Shown here: positions 28,953-41,081 of the stretch, piece after piece
Numbering within the stretch: the first letter of the stretch is position 1
Layout: each line of letters starts with the position of its first letter
Assembly: GCF_006345805.1 (NCBI RefSeq)
Contig: NC_042998.1
Coordinates: 19,220,001-19,284,000 of the forward strand
Length of the DNA: 64,000 bases
Direction of reading: 5' to 3'
Origin: Octopus sinensis
Taxonomy: Eukaryota
Made by a program: the position numbers and the translations under genes
Notes under the pieces: generated by a model
What the model saw: only the letters and a program-made list of their open reading frames with translations
The model's database searches: none
Told to the model about the DNA's origin: nothing

Positions 28953-29096
28953 GATGGCGTGTGGCGCAGTGTCTACGGTATTCGGCTCACGAACGTATGG
29001 TCGTGCTGTTCGATTCCCGGTGTCGCGTTGTGTGCTTGAGCAAGACATTATTTCATGTTGCTCCAGCCTATTTAGCTGGCAAAAAAGCGTAGTACC
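28953..29096 (+). mobile_element. Degenerate tRNA/CORE-like SINE head (family C)
   Basis: TGGCGCAGTG A box, GTTCGATTCCC B box, TTGAGCAAGACATTATTTCATGTTGCTCCAG core. Confidence 0.75.
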
Positions 29097-29103
29097 TTTA
29101 TTT

Positions 29104-29318
29104 AAGGCGGTGAACTGTCAGAAACGTTAGCACGCCGGGAGAAATGCTGAAAAGTATTTTGTCTGTGTTTACCTTCTGAGTTCAAATTCCACCGAGGTCG
29201 ACTTGGTCTTTCATCCTTTCGGTGTCGTTAAGTACCAGTTGCGTATTATGGTCGACCAGTTGCGTATTATGGCCTCCTCTCCAAAGAAATTCGGGCTTTG
29301 TGCCTAGAGCAGAAAAGT
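29104..29318 (+). mobile_element. SINE family A monomer with alternative tail
   Basis: Head AAGGCGGTGAACTGTCAGAAACG; internal 21-bp duplication ACCAGTTGCGTATTATGG. Confidence 0.88.
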
Positions 29319-29342
29319 ATATGCTAAATATATGTCCCAGGG

Positions 29343-30620
29343 CACAAGGTCAAGACAAAAAGAACGAGATTCAAAGGAAGATGAAGATTCTGCAACGAGG
29401 AACGAAGTTTGCAAATCGCTTCAACCGACATCCCCAAAATAGTGGAAGGTCCCGCCTAAAAATGAAGAGAGCAGACAAAGAAGCCTGAGTTATAATAAAC
29501 ATAAAGGAGAGAGCAGACAAAGAAACCTGGTTTATAAAAAACATAAAGTCAAACCCAATAGTCTTCTTTCATTATGCCAGAGAAACGGCCTTCGAACGCT
29601 ACAAAATAGGGCCCCTTTTCCAGAAGGACAGCTCCCTCACAGACAACCAAATAATGATCGGTTAAGTACTGATGACCAGTTCAAAAGTGTCTTCACTACC
29701 CCGTTGTAAAACTGACCATTGATGAACCAATAGATTTCTTTGCCGCCTCACTTATAACAAGCTAGGCAGTTATAATGGATTACATGGATATTGGAGAAGG
29801 AGATATAATACTAACCCCAGGAGAGCGGAATACAAACTCAGCTGCTAGTTCTGATGGTTTTCCAGCAAACCTCCCCAAATCGTGCAAACGTGCCCTGGCG
29901 AAACCATTACAGGCACTCTTACAGAATTTTATTGCAAATGGGAATCTGTCAAGCAAACTGAAGACGGGAATTATATACCCAATCCATAAAGCAGGAAGCA
30001 GAGCAGATGCCAAGAATTATAGTCCTAGCTTTCTAACACACATGTCAGCAGTCATGGAAACTAATGGCATTCCTTCAATTGACTTGCTGAGTGATTCCCA
30101 GCATGGTTTTCAGAACGAAGATCGTCTCATTGCAACAGCTCAACTACGGGGAGAGGCTGACATAGTTAAAACTCTACTCCCTGTAGCGAAGGCGGGAGAG
30201 ATATTCAGGGATATATATCTGGAAGGTCCTGGAAGGGATTCTGCCAAATTTCGACACTAAAAGCTACACAAATGCCAGAACTGTTCACCACTGCACAGTG
30301 CCAAGTATTGCAACAATGCCGTCGCGCTCCAAGACCAATTACTGTAACAGCTTGTGTTTCAAGGGCCCCCAGCATTTTAATATTTTCCCAAAGAGTCTCA
30401 GGGGCCTCCAAAAAGTGGATATATGCTTTCTAAAGAAAACTGGATCTCTGCCTGTCGCGAGTCCTAGATGAATCCACCTCACGCCCGGAGGTGCAAATGG
30501 GTGCAGCGACATCTAACTCACTTATTCACCAAATGCCACATATCAGAGGAAGCTCTCAATAATAACAGTGTAGCAAAACGGCGATGCCCCAGCATAGCTT
30601 CAGCTTTGAGCTGAAACCGT
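29343..30620 (+). mobile_element. CR1/L2-group LINE remnant with internal deletions
   Basis: AASSDGFPANLPKSCKRALAKPLQ...GIIYPIHKAGSRADAKNYSP (RT N-terminal region), SQHGFQ, C-terminal GPQHFNIFPKSLR...AATSNSLIHQ. Confidence 0.85.
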
Positions 30621-30654
30621 TAAATGTAACTATATATATATATATAGTTAATCA

Positions 30655-30850
30655 AAACATGAAAACACAAAGAGAAAACACAACAACGCGAGGACGTGGA
30701 ACAAGTACAGTATTATTGGAAAGAAGAAAAGATGGAGGATTTAACCTTTCGAGCGGAGCTCTTCGTCAGAAACATAGGAAAAGGAAAGACCCAAAGAAGG
30801 GAAGACGGACGAAAAAAAAATCGCCCACAGTACACACGCGGTCACATTTT
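30655..30850 (-). repeat. ~190-bp interspersed repeat with minimal hammerhead-like core (30737-30772)
   Basis: Minus strand GTTT CTGACGA A GAGC TCC GCTC GAAA GGTT AAAT; aligns along its length with 59762-59945. Confidence 0.7.
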
Positions 30851-31158
30851 GAATGGCTATATATATATATGTGTGTGCGTGTGTGTGTGTGTGTATGAAA
30901 TTGAAAAAAAAACACCTTTTATCAATTCAACAATGAAACTTTAAATTATACCATTTAGGAAAATTACATATAGAAAGATCAAATATAAGATAAAACATAT
31001 AGCAATGATTAAGTAATGTGCAAAATATTATTATATATTAGATATAAAATATATATTATATGTAAGTTATATAATCTTCATCGACAAGCTAAGTAACGTT
31101 TTCTATTTAACAATATTATTATTATTATTATCATTATTATTATTATTATTATTATTAC

Positions 31159-31193
<35 letters not shown>

Positions 31194-31216
31194 TATTATT
31201 ATTATTATCATTATTA

Positions 31217-31250
<34 letters not shown>

Positions 31251-31822
31251 CGAAATTAACATCTTATACTATAGTAGCAATTGCAGCTGCAGTATCAACA
31301 GCGGCAACAGTAGTTCCTTTGATTAAAAATATTGTCAATTTTCATAGATGTTTAATAGAAGTTGTATTTTCCTATACGTGTCTGTGTGTATGTGTGTGCG
31401 TGCGTGCCTGCTCGCGCGTGTATGTGTGTGAGAACAACATTTCAATTTGCGAAATTAATATGTTTCTGTTTAAAACACTAGCTTATTAAATGTGCAAATG
31501 ATGAAATTTTCTTGAACAAAAGCTGCTTGTGGCTTCATTTTAATTTTTCTCCCAACTAATTTTATATAGCTTCTGCCGCAAGCGGTTCTTTCTACACATC
31601 TCTGTTTTCTATAGATTTGATTTTATAAGAGTTTTGTTTTAGGCAATATTTCGGGGTATTATGTCACTTGATTTTCGATTAAGGAAAATTATTATGAAAC
31701 AAAACAGACGTTGATTGAATCCCATGCTGCAGGAATACAACTAACAGTACACGAAAACAAAATGAAATTATAATTACAAATATTAATATAACATAAATAT
31801 CAGGAAAACGAACAAGTTATAA

Positions 31823-32223
31823 CGTTTTCTATTCTAAGCACAAGGCACAAAATTTTGAGGGAGGGGTCCAGTTGATTAGATCAACCACATTATTAAAATG
31901 GTACTTAATTTATCGACCCCAAAAGGGTGAAAGGTAGAGTCGACCTCGGCGGAATTTGAACTCAGATCCTAGCGGCAGGCTAAATACCTATTTCTTTACT
32001 ACCCAAAAGGGGCTAAAGACAGAGAGGACAAACAAGGGCAGACAAAGGGATTAAATCGATTATATCGACCCCAGTGCATAACTGGTACTTATTTAATCGA
32101 CACCGAAAGGATGAAAGGCAAAGTCGACCTCGACGGAATTTGAACTCAGAACGTAACGGCAGACGAAATACTGCTAAGCATTTCGCCCGGCGTGCTAACG
32201 TTTCTGCCAGCTCGCCGCCTTCA
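31823..32223 (-). mobile_element. SINE family A dimer
   Basis: Head at 32220, unit junction near 31989, alternative tail; 12-bp TSD with 1 mismatch at 31811-31822 and 32224-32235. Confidence 0.88.
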
Positions 32224-32302
32224 AACAAATTATAATCATGATATCAAAGTACTAATATACATACATACACACACACAACACACCACACACACACATACAC
32301 AC

Positions 32303-32384
<82 letters not shown>

Positions 32385-32393
32385 TATATTTGG

Positions 32394-32742
32394 CTTGTTT
32401 CAGTCATTTGACTGTGACCATGCTGGATCACCACCTTTAATTCGAACACATCGAAATCAGGATTTATTCTTTTAAAGTCTAATACTTATTCTATCGGTCA
32501 CTTATGTTGATCCCTTTGTTGAACCCCACCGTTGTAAAGTGATGGTAGGGACAAACACACGCGCGTGGGCATAAATTCCCACATATGCATATATACATAC
32601 ATATATATATACATATATATATAGGGAGAACCCAAGACTTAAGTAGAAGAGGCTTGCCCAAGTTGACACGCAGGGGGTGGGGCTGAACGAACCCTGAACC
32701 ATGCGATTAGGAAGCAAGCTTCTTACCGCACAACCACTCCTT
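32394..32742 (-). mobile_element. SINE family B, full length
   Basis: Minus-strand head GGAGTGGTTGTGCGGTAAGAAGCTTGCTTCC, tail GGTGATCCAGCATGGTCACAGTCAAATGACTGAAACAAG. Confidence 0.8.
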
Positions 32743-32747
32743 TATGT

Positions 32748-32778
<31 letters not shown>

Positions 32779-32958
32779 GCATGCCTGTATGTACATAAAT
32801 ATATATTGAAACCTCTCTTTATATATCGTAGACCACATAAGTAAGAACAATATTATTCAATGGGGAAATTATCTGAGTTGAAACTGTGACGATGCGTTTC
32901 ATTGATCTTTTAAATATACACATATATCATTCAAATGGAATTTCGTAATGTCATTTTA

Positions 32959-33308
32959 GAGTGAAGGCGCGTGGCTCAGTGGTTAGAGCGTCGAGCTTAC
33001 GATCGTGAGGTTGTGAGTTCGAATCCCGGACCGGGCTGCTTCTTGTGTTTTTGAGCAAGACACTTTATTTCACGTTGCTCCAGTTCACTCAGCTGTAGAA
33101 ATGAGTTGCGACGTCACAGGTGCCAAGCTGTATCGGCCCTTGCCTTTCCCTTGGACAACATCGGTGACGTGGAGAGGGGAGGCCGGTATGCATGGGCGAC
33201 TGCTGGTCTTCCATAAAACAACTTTGCCCAGACTTGTGCCTCAGAGGGTAACTCTCTAGGTGCAAACCCATGGTCAGTGTCTGACCGAAGGGGGTCACCA
33301 CCCTCGCC
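32959..33308 (+). mobile_element. tRNA-derived CORE-like SINE (family C), well preserved
   Basis: A box TGGCTCAGTGGTT, B box GTTCGAATCCC (33017), core TTGAGCAAGACACTTTATTTC; perfect 12-bp TSD AATGTCATTTTA at 32947-32958 and 33309-33320. Confidence 0.92.
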
Positions 33309-33359
33309 AATGTCATTTTAACCAGTGTATTATGAATGTAAATTTTGGAACAATTTCAG

Positions 33360-33550
33360 AAATTTTTTGGAAGGGAGTACGTCGATTACATCGATTCTGG
33401 TACTCAAATGGTATTTATTTTATCGACCCTGGTATGTTAACAGGCTAAATCGAATTAAGTCGAAATCGAACCCAGAAAATCTAGACGGACGAGATGTCTC
33501 TAATAATTTTCCCCGACATAGTACTAACGATTCTGCCAACTAACCGCCTT
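33360..33550 (-). mobile_element. Highly degenerate SINE family A
   Basis: TTATCGACCC and CTAACGATTCTGCCAACTAACCGCCTT match the family. Confidence 0.6.
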
Positions 33551-34794
33551 GGATTATTTAATCTGTAATTATAACTATATATTTTGTCATGCATGTTCAT
33601 TATAATTTATTTACACAGTAAGAACCATTAAATAACATTTTTTTTCAATTAAAATTACTTTACAAATCGTGGAAAACATCCGTACATACAGTCCAATAAA
33701 AATAAATTAAAAGTATACATCTAGCATGCCTTTTATATTTTGATATTTTCATTAAGCATGTACAATGACGAAATAGATTCCATTTTCAGTGATTTGGGTC
33801 CAAATACTTCAAGAAATCTCCACAAATCTGGTTGTAGTAATTCAGCTTGATTCTGGGGTTAGTGTTTTGATATTTCGATCTTTCGTGCGTTTCGTGGAAA
33901 TTTATAGTGATCACTACAGCGAAGGATATATCGAATTACCAAATTTGGTGTCCTACAATATCTCTCATTTTCTAAAAGCAATAACTTCATTTTATGTATC
34001 TTCTATATTCTTTTATTGTTTTCATTAGTATAATAAAATATAGTGATTTGTAGATTACATATCAGAGAACAAATGATATAAATTTGTGTTTATCATAATT
34101 TGCACTATATAATCTATATTTATCATATCAAGTAACACTGCTAAGTATGAAAGCAACCTACGCACGCATTGTACTGGAGCTGAATTGGACGTCGTCGAAA
34201 ACTTACCTGGAGTTCCAAATATCAAAGTCGTACGTTTGACTATACACAAAAGATATACTATCAAAATTTTCTCTAAATATATCTAAATTATCCCCTGTCG
34301 ATTTTCCTGATTCATCTATCATATCATCTACCAAAATATGAGATATTTGATGCAGCAAGTATTTGTAATAATGAACGACATTAAACTATATTTCATTGAG
34401 CCTTTAGCATTCAATTATTTTGTATCAAACCATAAACTTTGTACAATACATCAATGTTATTATCATTCACGATGTCAAACGGATTGTCACTGCTGCTTAT
34501 TCGTAAAATATTCTAACCTATTAATTACAGTTCTTCACTCATTATATAGTTGGCGTCTGAATAATTTCTTAATAGCCATTAGTTTGTTTAATGAAATATT
34601 CTTGATAAATAAAGTTATTTCATCTTCTGCCAAACGTAATTGTTTTGTATTCGGAGGAATTCTCTTGGTGAACATTACGAATTAACGACCATCATTGTAT
34701 TAGCGAAGTGATACTTACACACAATACTGACACACACACTTGCAAACAAGCACAGACACTCACCCCCACCACACACAGACACACACTCACACAT

Positions 34795-34847
<53 letters not shown>

Positions 34848-35199
34848 ATACATATAAAGTATGTATTTATGTACAAAGTAGTTATAAGTCATTAATAGTT
34901 TCAGACATTGACGAAATCATCTAGACACGTTTTAAATCGTACATTGCGTCTCCAAAACATTCTTACGCTCTCGGCACATGTCCTTTACACGTTGATAACC
35001 AGGGCAATAGAACAAGGGAAATCACGAGAAAAAAGAATCAGATAAAGGTTGTTTCAAAAGGTGGAATGGTGGGAAAAAAACGAAAAGAGAAACGAAGGAA
35101 AAAAACAAGAGAGAGATGTAAAGTTACGTTTCCTTTGACTGTAGTGTAATAAGGCTAGATGGTCTAGCATCAACGTAAAGTGTGTGATACAGCCACCCA

Positions 35200-35760
35200 A
35201 CCTGGAGATGGTGGTATATTTCAATTCGTCAGACGAAATTTGCCCAAGCGTTTGCATTTGCTGGATATTTCTGCCCTGGAATTCAAAAGTAACTTGGAAT
35301 TCTTAGAAAGGATATGCGATCATTCAGCTGCTCATAACTTGCCTTTGTTATCCATTAACATAAAGCAAGCGTTTTTCTTCGATTATCCATTTGATTGCAT
35401 ATGGTGTGGTGTTGGTCTTCAAACTCAATACGTCAGCTAACCATATAAGTGGTTTTACTTTTGTCCATATGCCGGAGTGAAGATAGGTGGTTAGTCGAAT
35501 GGAGAAATTCTAAAGTTTCCACAGTTACAACGGAGAGTGGCTGCTTAGTGGTGTTTGCGGGTAGTGATGTTCTATATATTGGGATAGTAGCTACATGAAA
35601 ATTTAATCGCCCGCCATTGAAAATTTTTCTGCATTTGTGATTTTCTGGTAAGCGCATATCTAAGAAAGACAGGAATCTCTTTACTAAGTTACTTTCAAGA
35701 TTTGTTGAGAAGGAACACACGATTATCTTTTGGGCTTCATTAACAATAAGATGAGGAGAA
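35200..35760 (-). mobile_element. Penelope-like element, degenerate 3' coding fragment (linker plus GIY-YIG end)
   Basis: FSTNLESNLVKRFLSFLDMRLPENHKCRKIFN...SCSYYPNI and LLNSRAEISSKCKRLGKFRL resemble motifs of Penelope-like ORFs. Confidence 0.75.
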
Positions 35761-35767
35761 GTCATAA

Positions 35768-35980
35768 TTGAGTACCACTGTAACAGGTTGTGGCTTCATC
35801 GAAGCCTCGCACATTAAATCCACATGTTTGAGTGCCAGCGTGAGACGACTATTGTTATCGATAGGCTTAACTCATCGTAAAGTCAATACCACCACGACTG
35901 ATATCCAATCTACAGTGGAGAAGGCCAGCCACTGGGTTTGGTTAAAAAGAGACGATGAGCGATGGCTAGAAGTATATTGA
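35768..35980 (+). mobile_element. REL-type (HERO-like) LINE C-terminus, inverted copy
   Basis: VTGCGFI...SVRRLLLSIG...EKASHWVWLKRDDERW resembles the HERO-clade C-terminus (from recall of the family). Confidence 0.65.
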
Positions 35981-35984
35981 GTGC

Positions 35985-36375
35985 TACCAGTTAAAAGCTC
36001 CGTATACCGGAAGCTAGCAAGTGTATGGGGTCATCAGGAGAGAATGCGCGCCGTTTCGGGGCCTACCTCTCGATGGCATCAATGCGCACCTGTCCCCTCA
36101 CTGATAATAGGCCCCGCTTGCTAGATCAGCTGGTTATGAAGAACACAATATACTTCTAGCCATCGCTCATCGTCTCTTTTTAACGAAATCCAGTGGCTAA
36201 CCTTCTCCACTGTAGATTGGATATCAGTTATGGTGGTATTGACTTTACGATGAGTTAGGCCTAACGATAACAACAGTCGTCTCACGCTGGCACTCGAATA
36301 AGTGTCTGCTGCATGTTTTAGCCAAAAGAGCTGTAAGCCAATAACGTTCACAAGATAATCATGCATTGCTGCCAT
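35985..36375 (-). mobile_element. REL-type (HERO-like) LINE 3' end with structured 3' UTR
   Basis: ORF ends TAG at 36123-36121; 36146-36295 is an inverted copy of 35830-35979; UTR has several helices and a terminal hairpin followed by a U-run. Confidence 0.65.
36014..36124 (-). ncRNA. Candidate non-circularly permuted hammerhead-like motif
   Basis: Order UGCC-AUC-GAGAG / GAAAC-GGC / CUCUC-CUGAUGA; stems I and III pair, core-proximal stem II does not. Confidence 0.4.
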
Positions 36376-36496
36376 ATTTTCTCTCTTATTACCGTTCTGT
36401 ACTTCACAATCGCTTCGCTCAGAAGCACATGTATACTAAGTGCTATGCCAGGTTTTTAGTATCACAATGTCTAAATATTATATACATATATACGTG

Positions 36497-36553
<57 letters not shown>

Positions 36554-37973
36554 TGTGTGTGTATGTGTATGTGTGTGTGTGTGCGTGCGTGCGTGTGTGT
36601 GTGTGTGTGTGCGTGCGTGTGTGTGTGTAAGGAAAGAATTCAATCGCGCACAAAGTCTCGTCTCCGTACACAGAAAACATTTCTATCTGGCCTAACACCG
36701 GTATCCCGCCTTTTTTCCCCCATCAACCGCGTTTTCCCATTCCCTTTTCTTGTTTGTTTTCTTTCTGTTGAGGGATAGCGTCCGAAAACTCGATACATTT
36801 TCGTATACAAAATATATTAGCGTATTTCGACATACTGCCACATACCCAGGCTATATAACGTAAACTTCTAACTATGCTTTATTAATATCAATCAATATTA
36901 AAGTCCATGCGATTGCATGAATCCTATTGCAATTCAGTTAAATTCAATAGAATTTAATTAATAATATTTTTAATGAATACACATACAAACGAACACGTTT
37001 CGGCTATGCATAACTCCTTCCACAATAAGAAATAACTCAAACACGTATACACACATATGTATGCGTTTATGTTTTCTGTTCAGGTTCCCATACATATACA
37101 CCAATATAGATATATATATATATGTACACAATATGTGTGTGTGTCTTTGTGTGTGTCTCTGTGCGTGTATGCATTGTGTACACGCTTGCGCGAGTTTGTA
37201 TTATATACAATCATACACACTTATCCGATATGCAGAAAAATCAGGTACCAGCATATTAGGTAAAAGAAACTTATACATAGAAACATTATTATTTCTAAGT
37301 TTCTCTAAAGGATACTACGACAGCGGTACTGGATATTAACAGTTATCACCAAGCTAATATGGCAGTTCATAAATTCAGGACGAAAGCTGTCGTTGATTAG
37401 CTCCAAGAGGCCATAGCTATATAACACACGAACCTGTGTCTATTATAACCTTCGAAACTTATACACTATTATAAATTTCGTCTCATAACAAGAGTCAGAA
37501 ATAAATATATAGCAGTAAAATGAATATAGTAGTAAATGTAATATTGTATGTGATTTATTTTCGGCCATATTTATATGTAGTATGTTATTGTACATCTTTT
37601 TGGAAACCGCATGCAAAGACAAGGTCAGTTTTATTGAGTGATTCTGAATCACCCGACGAAACTGCCAACATTTGCCATTTGTCCTTCGATCATTTGTGAG
37701 GTTCGCTGATGTTGTGTTAAGGATAATCCTGTTCGGTTTTTGAAAATCCTAAAGGTGTAATTTCATAATGTCACTAAAATCATTGTAAGAGCAAAATTGT
37801 GTTAATAATATAGTCTTCTTTGACAGCTATATTTAAATTAGATATTTTATAAAATATATTTCAAATTTGTACTCAGTAATAGAAATATACTAATATCGAT
37901 GCGTTCAATTTTTTTTACTTCAGGGCTAGTTAGATGTAACTCAGGTACTGAAAATACGAATTTTTTTTTTTTT

Positions 37974-38153
37974 GGGGGGGGGGTGCAGTCGATTAGCTCG
38001 ACCCAGTACACAAGTGGTATTTAATTCATCGATCCCGGAAGGATGAAAGGCAAAGTCAACCTCGGCGGAATTTGAACTCAGAACGTAATGGGAGACGAAA
38101 TACAGCTAAGCATTTCGCCAGGTGTGCTAACATTTCTGCCGGCTCGCGGCCTT
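37974..38153 (-). mobile_element. SINE family A monomer
   Basis: CTCGGCGGAATTTGAACTCAGAACGTA and head match. Confidence 0.85.
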
Positions 38154-40554
38154 TGCAAAACCATGTATAAGCGTATTTGTATAAACTAAATGTACCTATG
38201 TAACTTACGTGTATAGGAGACATAACAGTTGTAATTTCTACAACAAGGAATAGATTCTGAAATCACAATTGTAAACTGTTCCGGTCATATCTAATCATTT
38301 TCTCTACATTAGTTTTTCCTTTGAAAATTAATGATTTAATTCGGAATTAATGGTAAAATGTGACGGTGGACACAAAAAGGAACAAACTAGATGAAAGTCG
38401 GTATTAATATGACGTTCGATATCATAGACACTCAATTTTCATGCAGTTAAGTGACTGCAGACATACTGCAGTGTGCGTATTTAAACACAACGTTTAAATT
38501 TAGTGAAAACAATTAACCCTTGCATATATTACCAGTGCAATGTTACTAATCTTTTCTAACATCAATGATCAGTTTGTTGCTAATCTCTTGCTTTCAATTA
38601 TCATAATTGTGAATGTTTTAGTGTGCTGTATGCGTGAATTTATAATTATGCATTGCATAAACATGTGTGTCTGACTATATATGAACAGCATATAAAATTC
38701 AAAATACCGTGATCTGAAATGACAGCAAAGAATATTGAAATTAAACATTTGGTGTTTTCAGCCCAAGTGATTTCTTATGCTATTAGAAGCAATATTCAGT
38801 TATATAGTATAATTCATTTACCAAGGCAAGTCTACAGATCACTTCGTCGGGGTTATCTTTGTGAAGCTTTGAATTCGATAAATATAAAGAGTTTTTTTCA
38901 ATATGCCAGTTACATACTGGTTGCTTATAAAACCATGTTTCTCCAGTAGCAACCTGCTTAAATAAAATAGCATTAACTTTTCTAAAGATGGTAGCTGTCA
39001 ACACTGTTGATATATCTTTTTTCAGTGATTAAAATGTGCCTAATCTTCTCATAAAGATATTTCAAGTAATTCAATTCGATAGAAAGTGGAGCGAAAAGTA
39101 ATATATTAAATTGATGTAACACATCTCATTAAATCAAACAGTGATATAATTCATGCTAACCCAATATATCTTTTACAAAGAAAATTTTGTTCTGATATTA
39201 AATGGTATTAGTTAAGATGGAATGAATAGGAAGTAATATAACCACAAAGAGAATGAATGCGTTCCTTGTGCTTTTAATATATTTTGTTTAAAAGACGAGT
39301 GTCAATACCATTTCTATACACTTCAGAAATCTAGAATTCGTTTTAGATCTCATAAAGCGCGAAAAAGGAATAAAGTGATGTTTTCCTTTCCAATGGCAAA
39401 TTAATGTCACAAGAAATTAAGGGTATTTTTTTTATATAAATAAATTAATCAATAACTGTTGTAGAACAAATAGTAATTCTGTTTCGCTAAGATAATGGGA
39501 TTACCTGGAGAGTACATACAAATATATATTTTAATGCACAACTGGGACAAAACCATTAATATAATTCAAAGTGTGTGATTAATTGACATATATTATATAT
39601 ATATATATATATATATGAGTGTGTGTGTGTGTGTATGTATGTATATATAAATATATATAGATATATATGCAAATACATATTGTTTCTGTAGATGAAAATC
39701 ATGCGTAAATATATATATCAACAAATAATCTAAATGAGATTAGATCTAAAGATCTAAAGAATTTCATTGCTGTGATCAACAATGTGGTTAACATCATATC
39801 CAGTCTCTATATGGAATTGACACAGACACTGGCATTTCGTCTTCAAGTAATTCCAAATTTTGGTCGATTCTATATGTGCATTGGAAGAAATATAAGGCAT
39901 ATAATCGTATCGCTTTGCAGCTGAGTTCCTGATAATTCTCAGGCTAAGTTAAACTTTATGCCTATATGGTAGTTAGACAATATAGTGTCGATGTATTTAA
40001 GTCGAATAGTATACAGTTCAATCTCACGAATTATTATACAAAATATGATACTCCATTTTGTAACTTAAGGGCAAGAAATAATCACAAAATCTACTTCCGA
40101 TCAAACTGAGTCTATGCTAGAATTAAGGATTTTTTTCTCATTTGAGTAAAACCTTATACTTAAAAATTACACTAATATACGTTACGTGTAAACCCTCTTC
40201 TCTCCGCTTCTTCTTAATTATTCACTAGTGGTTATTTGACTATAATTTCGTATTAATTCCTTGTTCACCAGTCAGTCATTATACCCTGAATTTCGGAGAT
40301 TTTTCCACTTATCAAAATAGAATAGCTACACTTACCTAAATATATTTATGCAGAGTGTAGGACGTGATCATATAGTTTGTGCATAACATGAGAAAATCAG
40401 TTTTTAAAAAAGTTACCCCATATGTTACATTTTTACTGTGAAATTAGGGCATTCACGGTAATTTGAAATGTTTTTTCTTGCTGATATATTTTTTAAAAAC
40501 ATTTGATTGGTCAGAAGGCTCACGCCTTCAATTAATGAAAAGCGGTCTAGATTT

Positions 40555-40790
40555 GAACATTTAGACGATGGCACTGAGTCGAAATGCAGAATGTGTCATG
40601 AGCAGGATGAAACAGTGAACCACTTCTTAACTGGATGCACAGCTGTATATATTCATAGATACGATAGAGTAGCACAATATATCCATTGGAAGATATGTAA
40701 ACACTACCAGCTTCCAACTTCAGAAAGATGATACCAGCATAAACCTGAAACTGTGACCGGAAAAAATGATGTAACAGTTCTCTGGGACAT
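40555..40790 (+). mobile_element. R4/Dong-like fragment, subfamily 2 (CCHC region)
   Basis: CRMCHEQDETVNHFLTGC...RYDRVAQYIHWKIC; aligns with 43620-43865. Confidence 0.85.
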
Positions 40791-41081
40791 TTATCCATGT
40801 ATCTACAGTAGCTAATATATCAAATTTTCTGTATAGTTAGGTATGATCTGAGGTAGATTTTCTGATTATTTCTCGTCATTAAGTGACAAAATGAAGTATC
40901 TTATATTGTATAATAATCCATTGTTATCTGCCTACAATAATGGCAATAATATATGATCGCTTTCCTTATAGAAGCAAGTAAGCATTAGGTTAGATGTAAA
41001 CAATATGGACATGGTTAGATTCAGCTCTACAGTAAACGATATAGATGAAAATCTTATGGAATGTATTGTGTTAAGTATGTA

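Noticed and set aside
32965-33035. tRNA-like sequence with good A and B boxes
   Set aside because: Continues into a SINE core and is flanked by a TSD; it is a SINE head, not a tRNA gene
36765-36795. CTGTTGA-GGGA-TAGCG-TCC-GAAAAC
   Set aside because: A6 substituted, only 3-bp stem II, no stem I or III
36994-37025. Minus-strand GTTATGCATAGCC-GAAACGTG hairpin plus GAAAC
   Set aside because: CUGANGA box not recognisable; at most a very decayed motif
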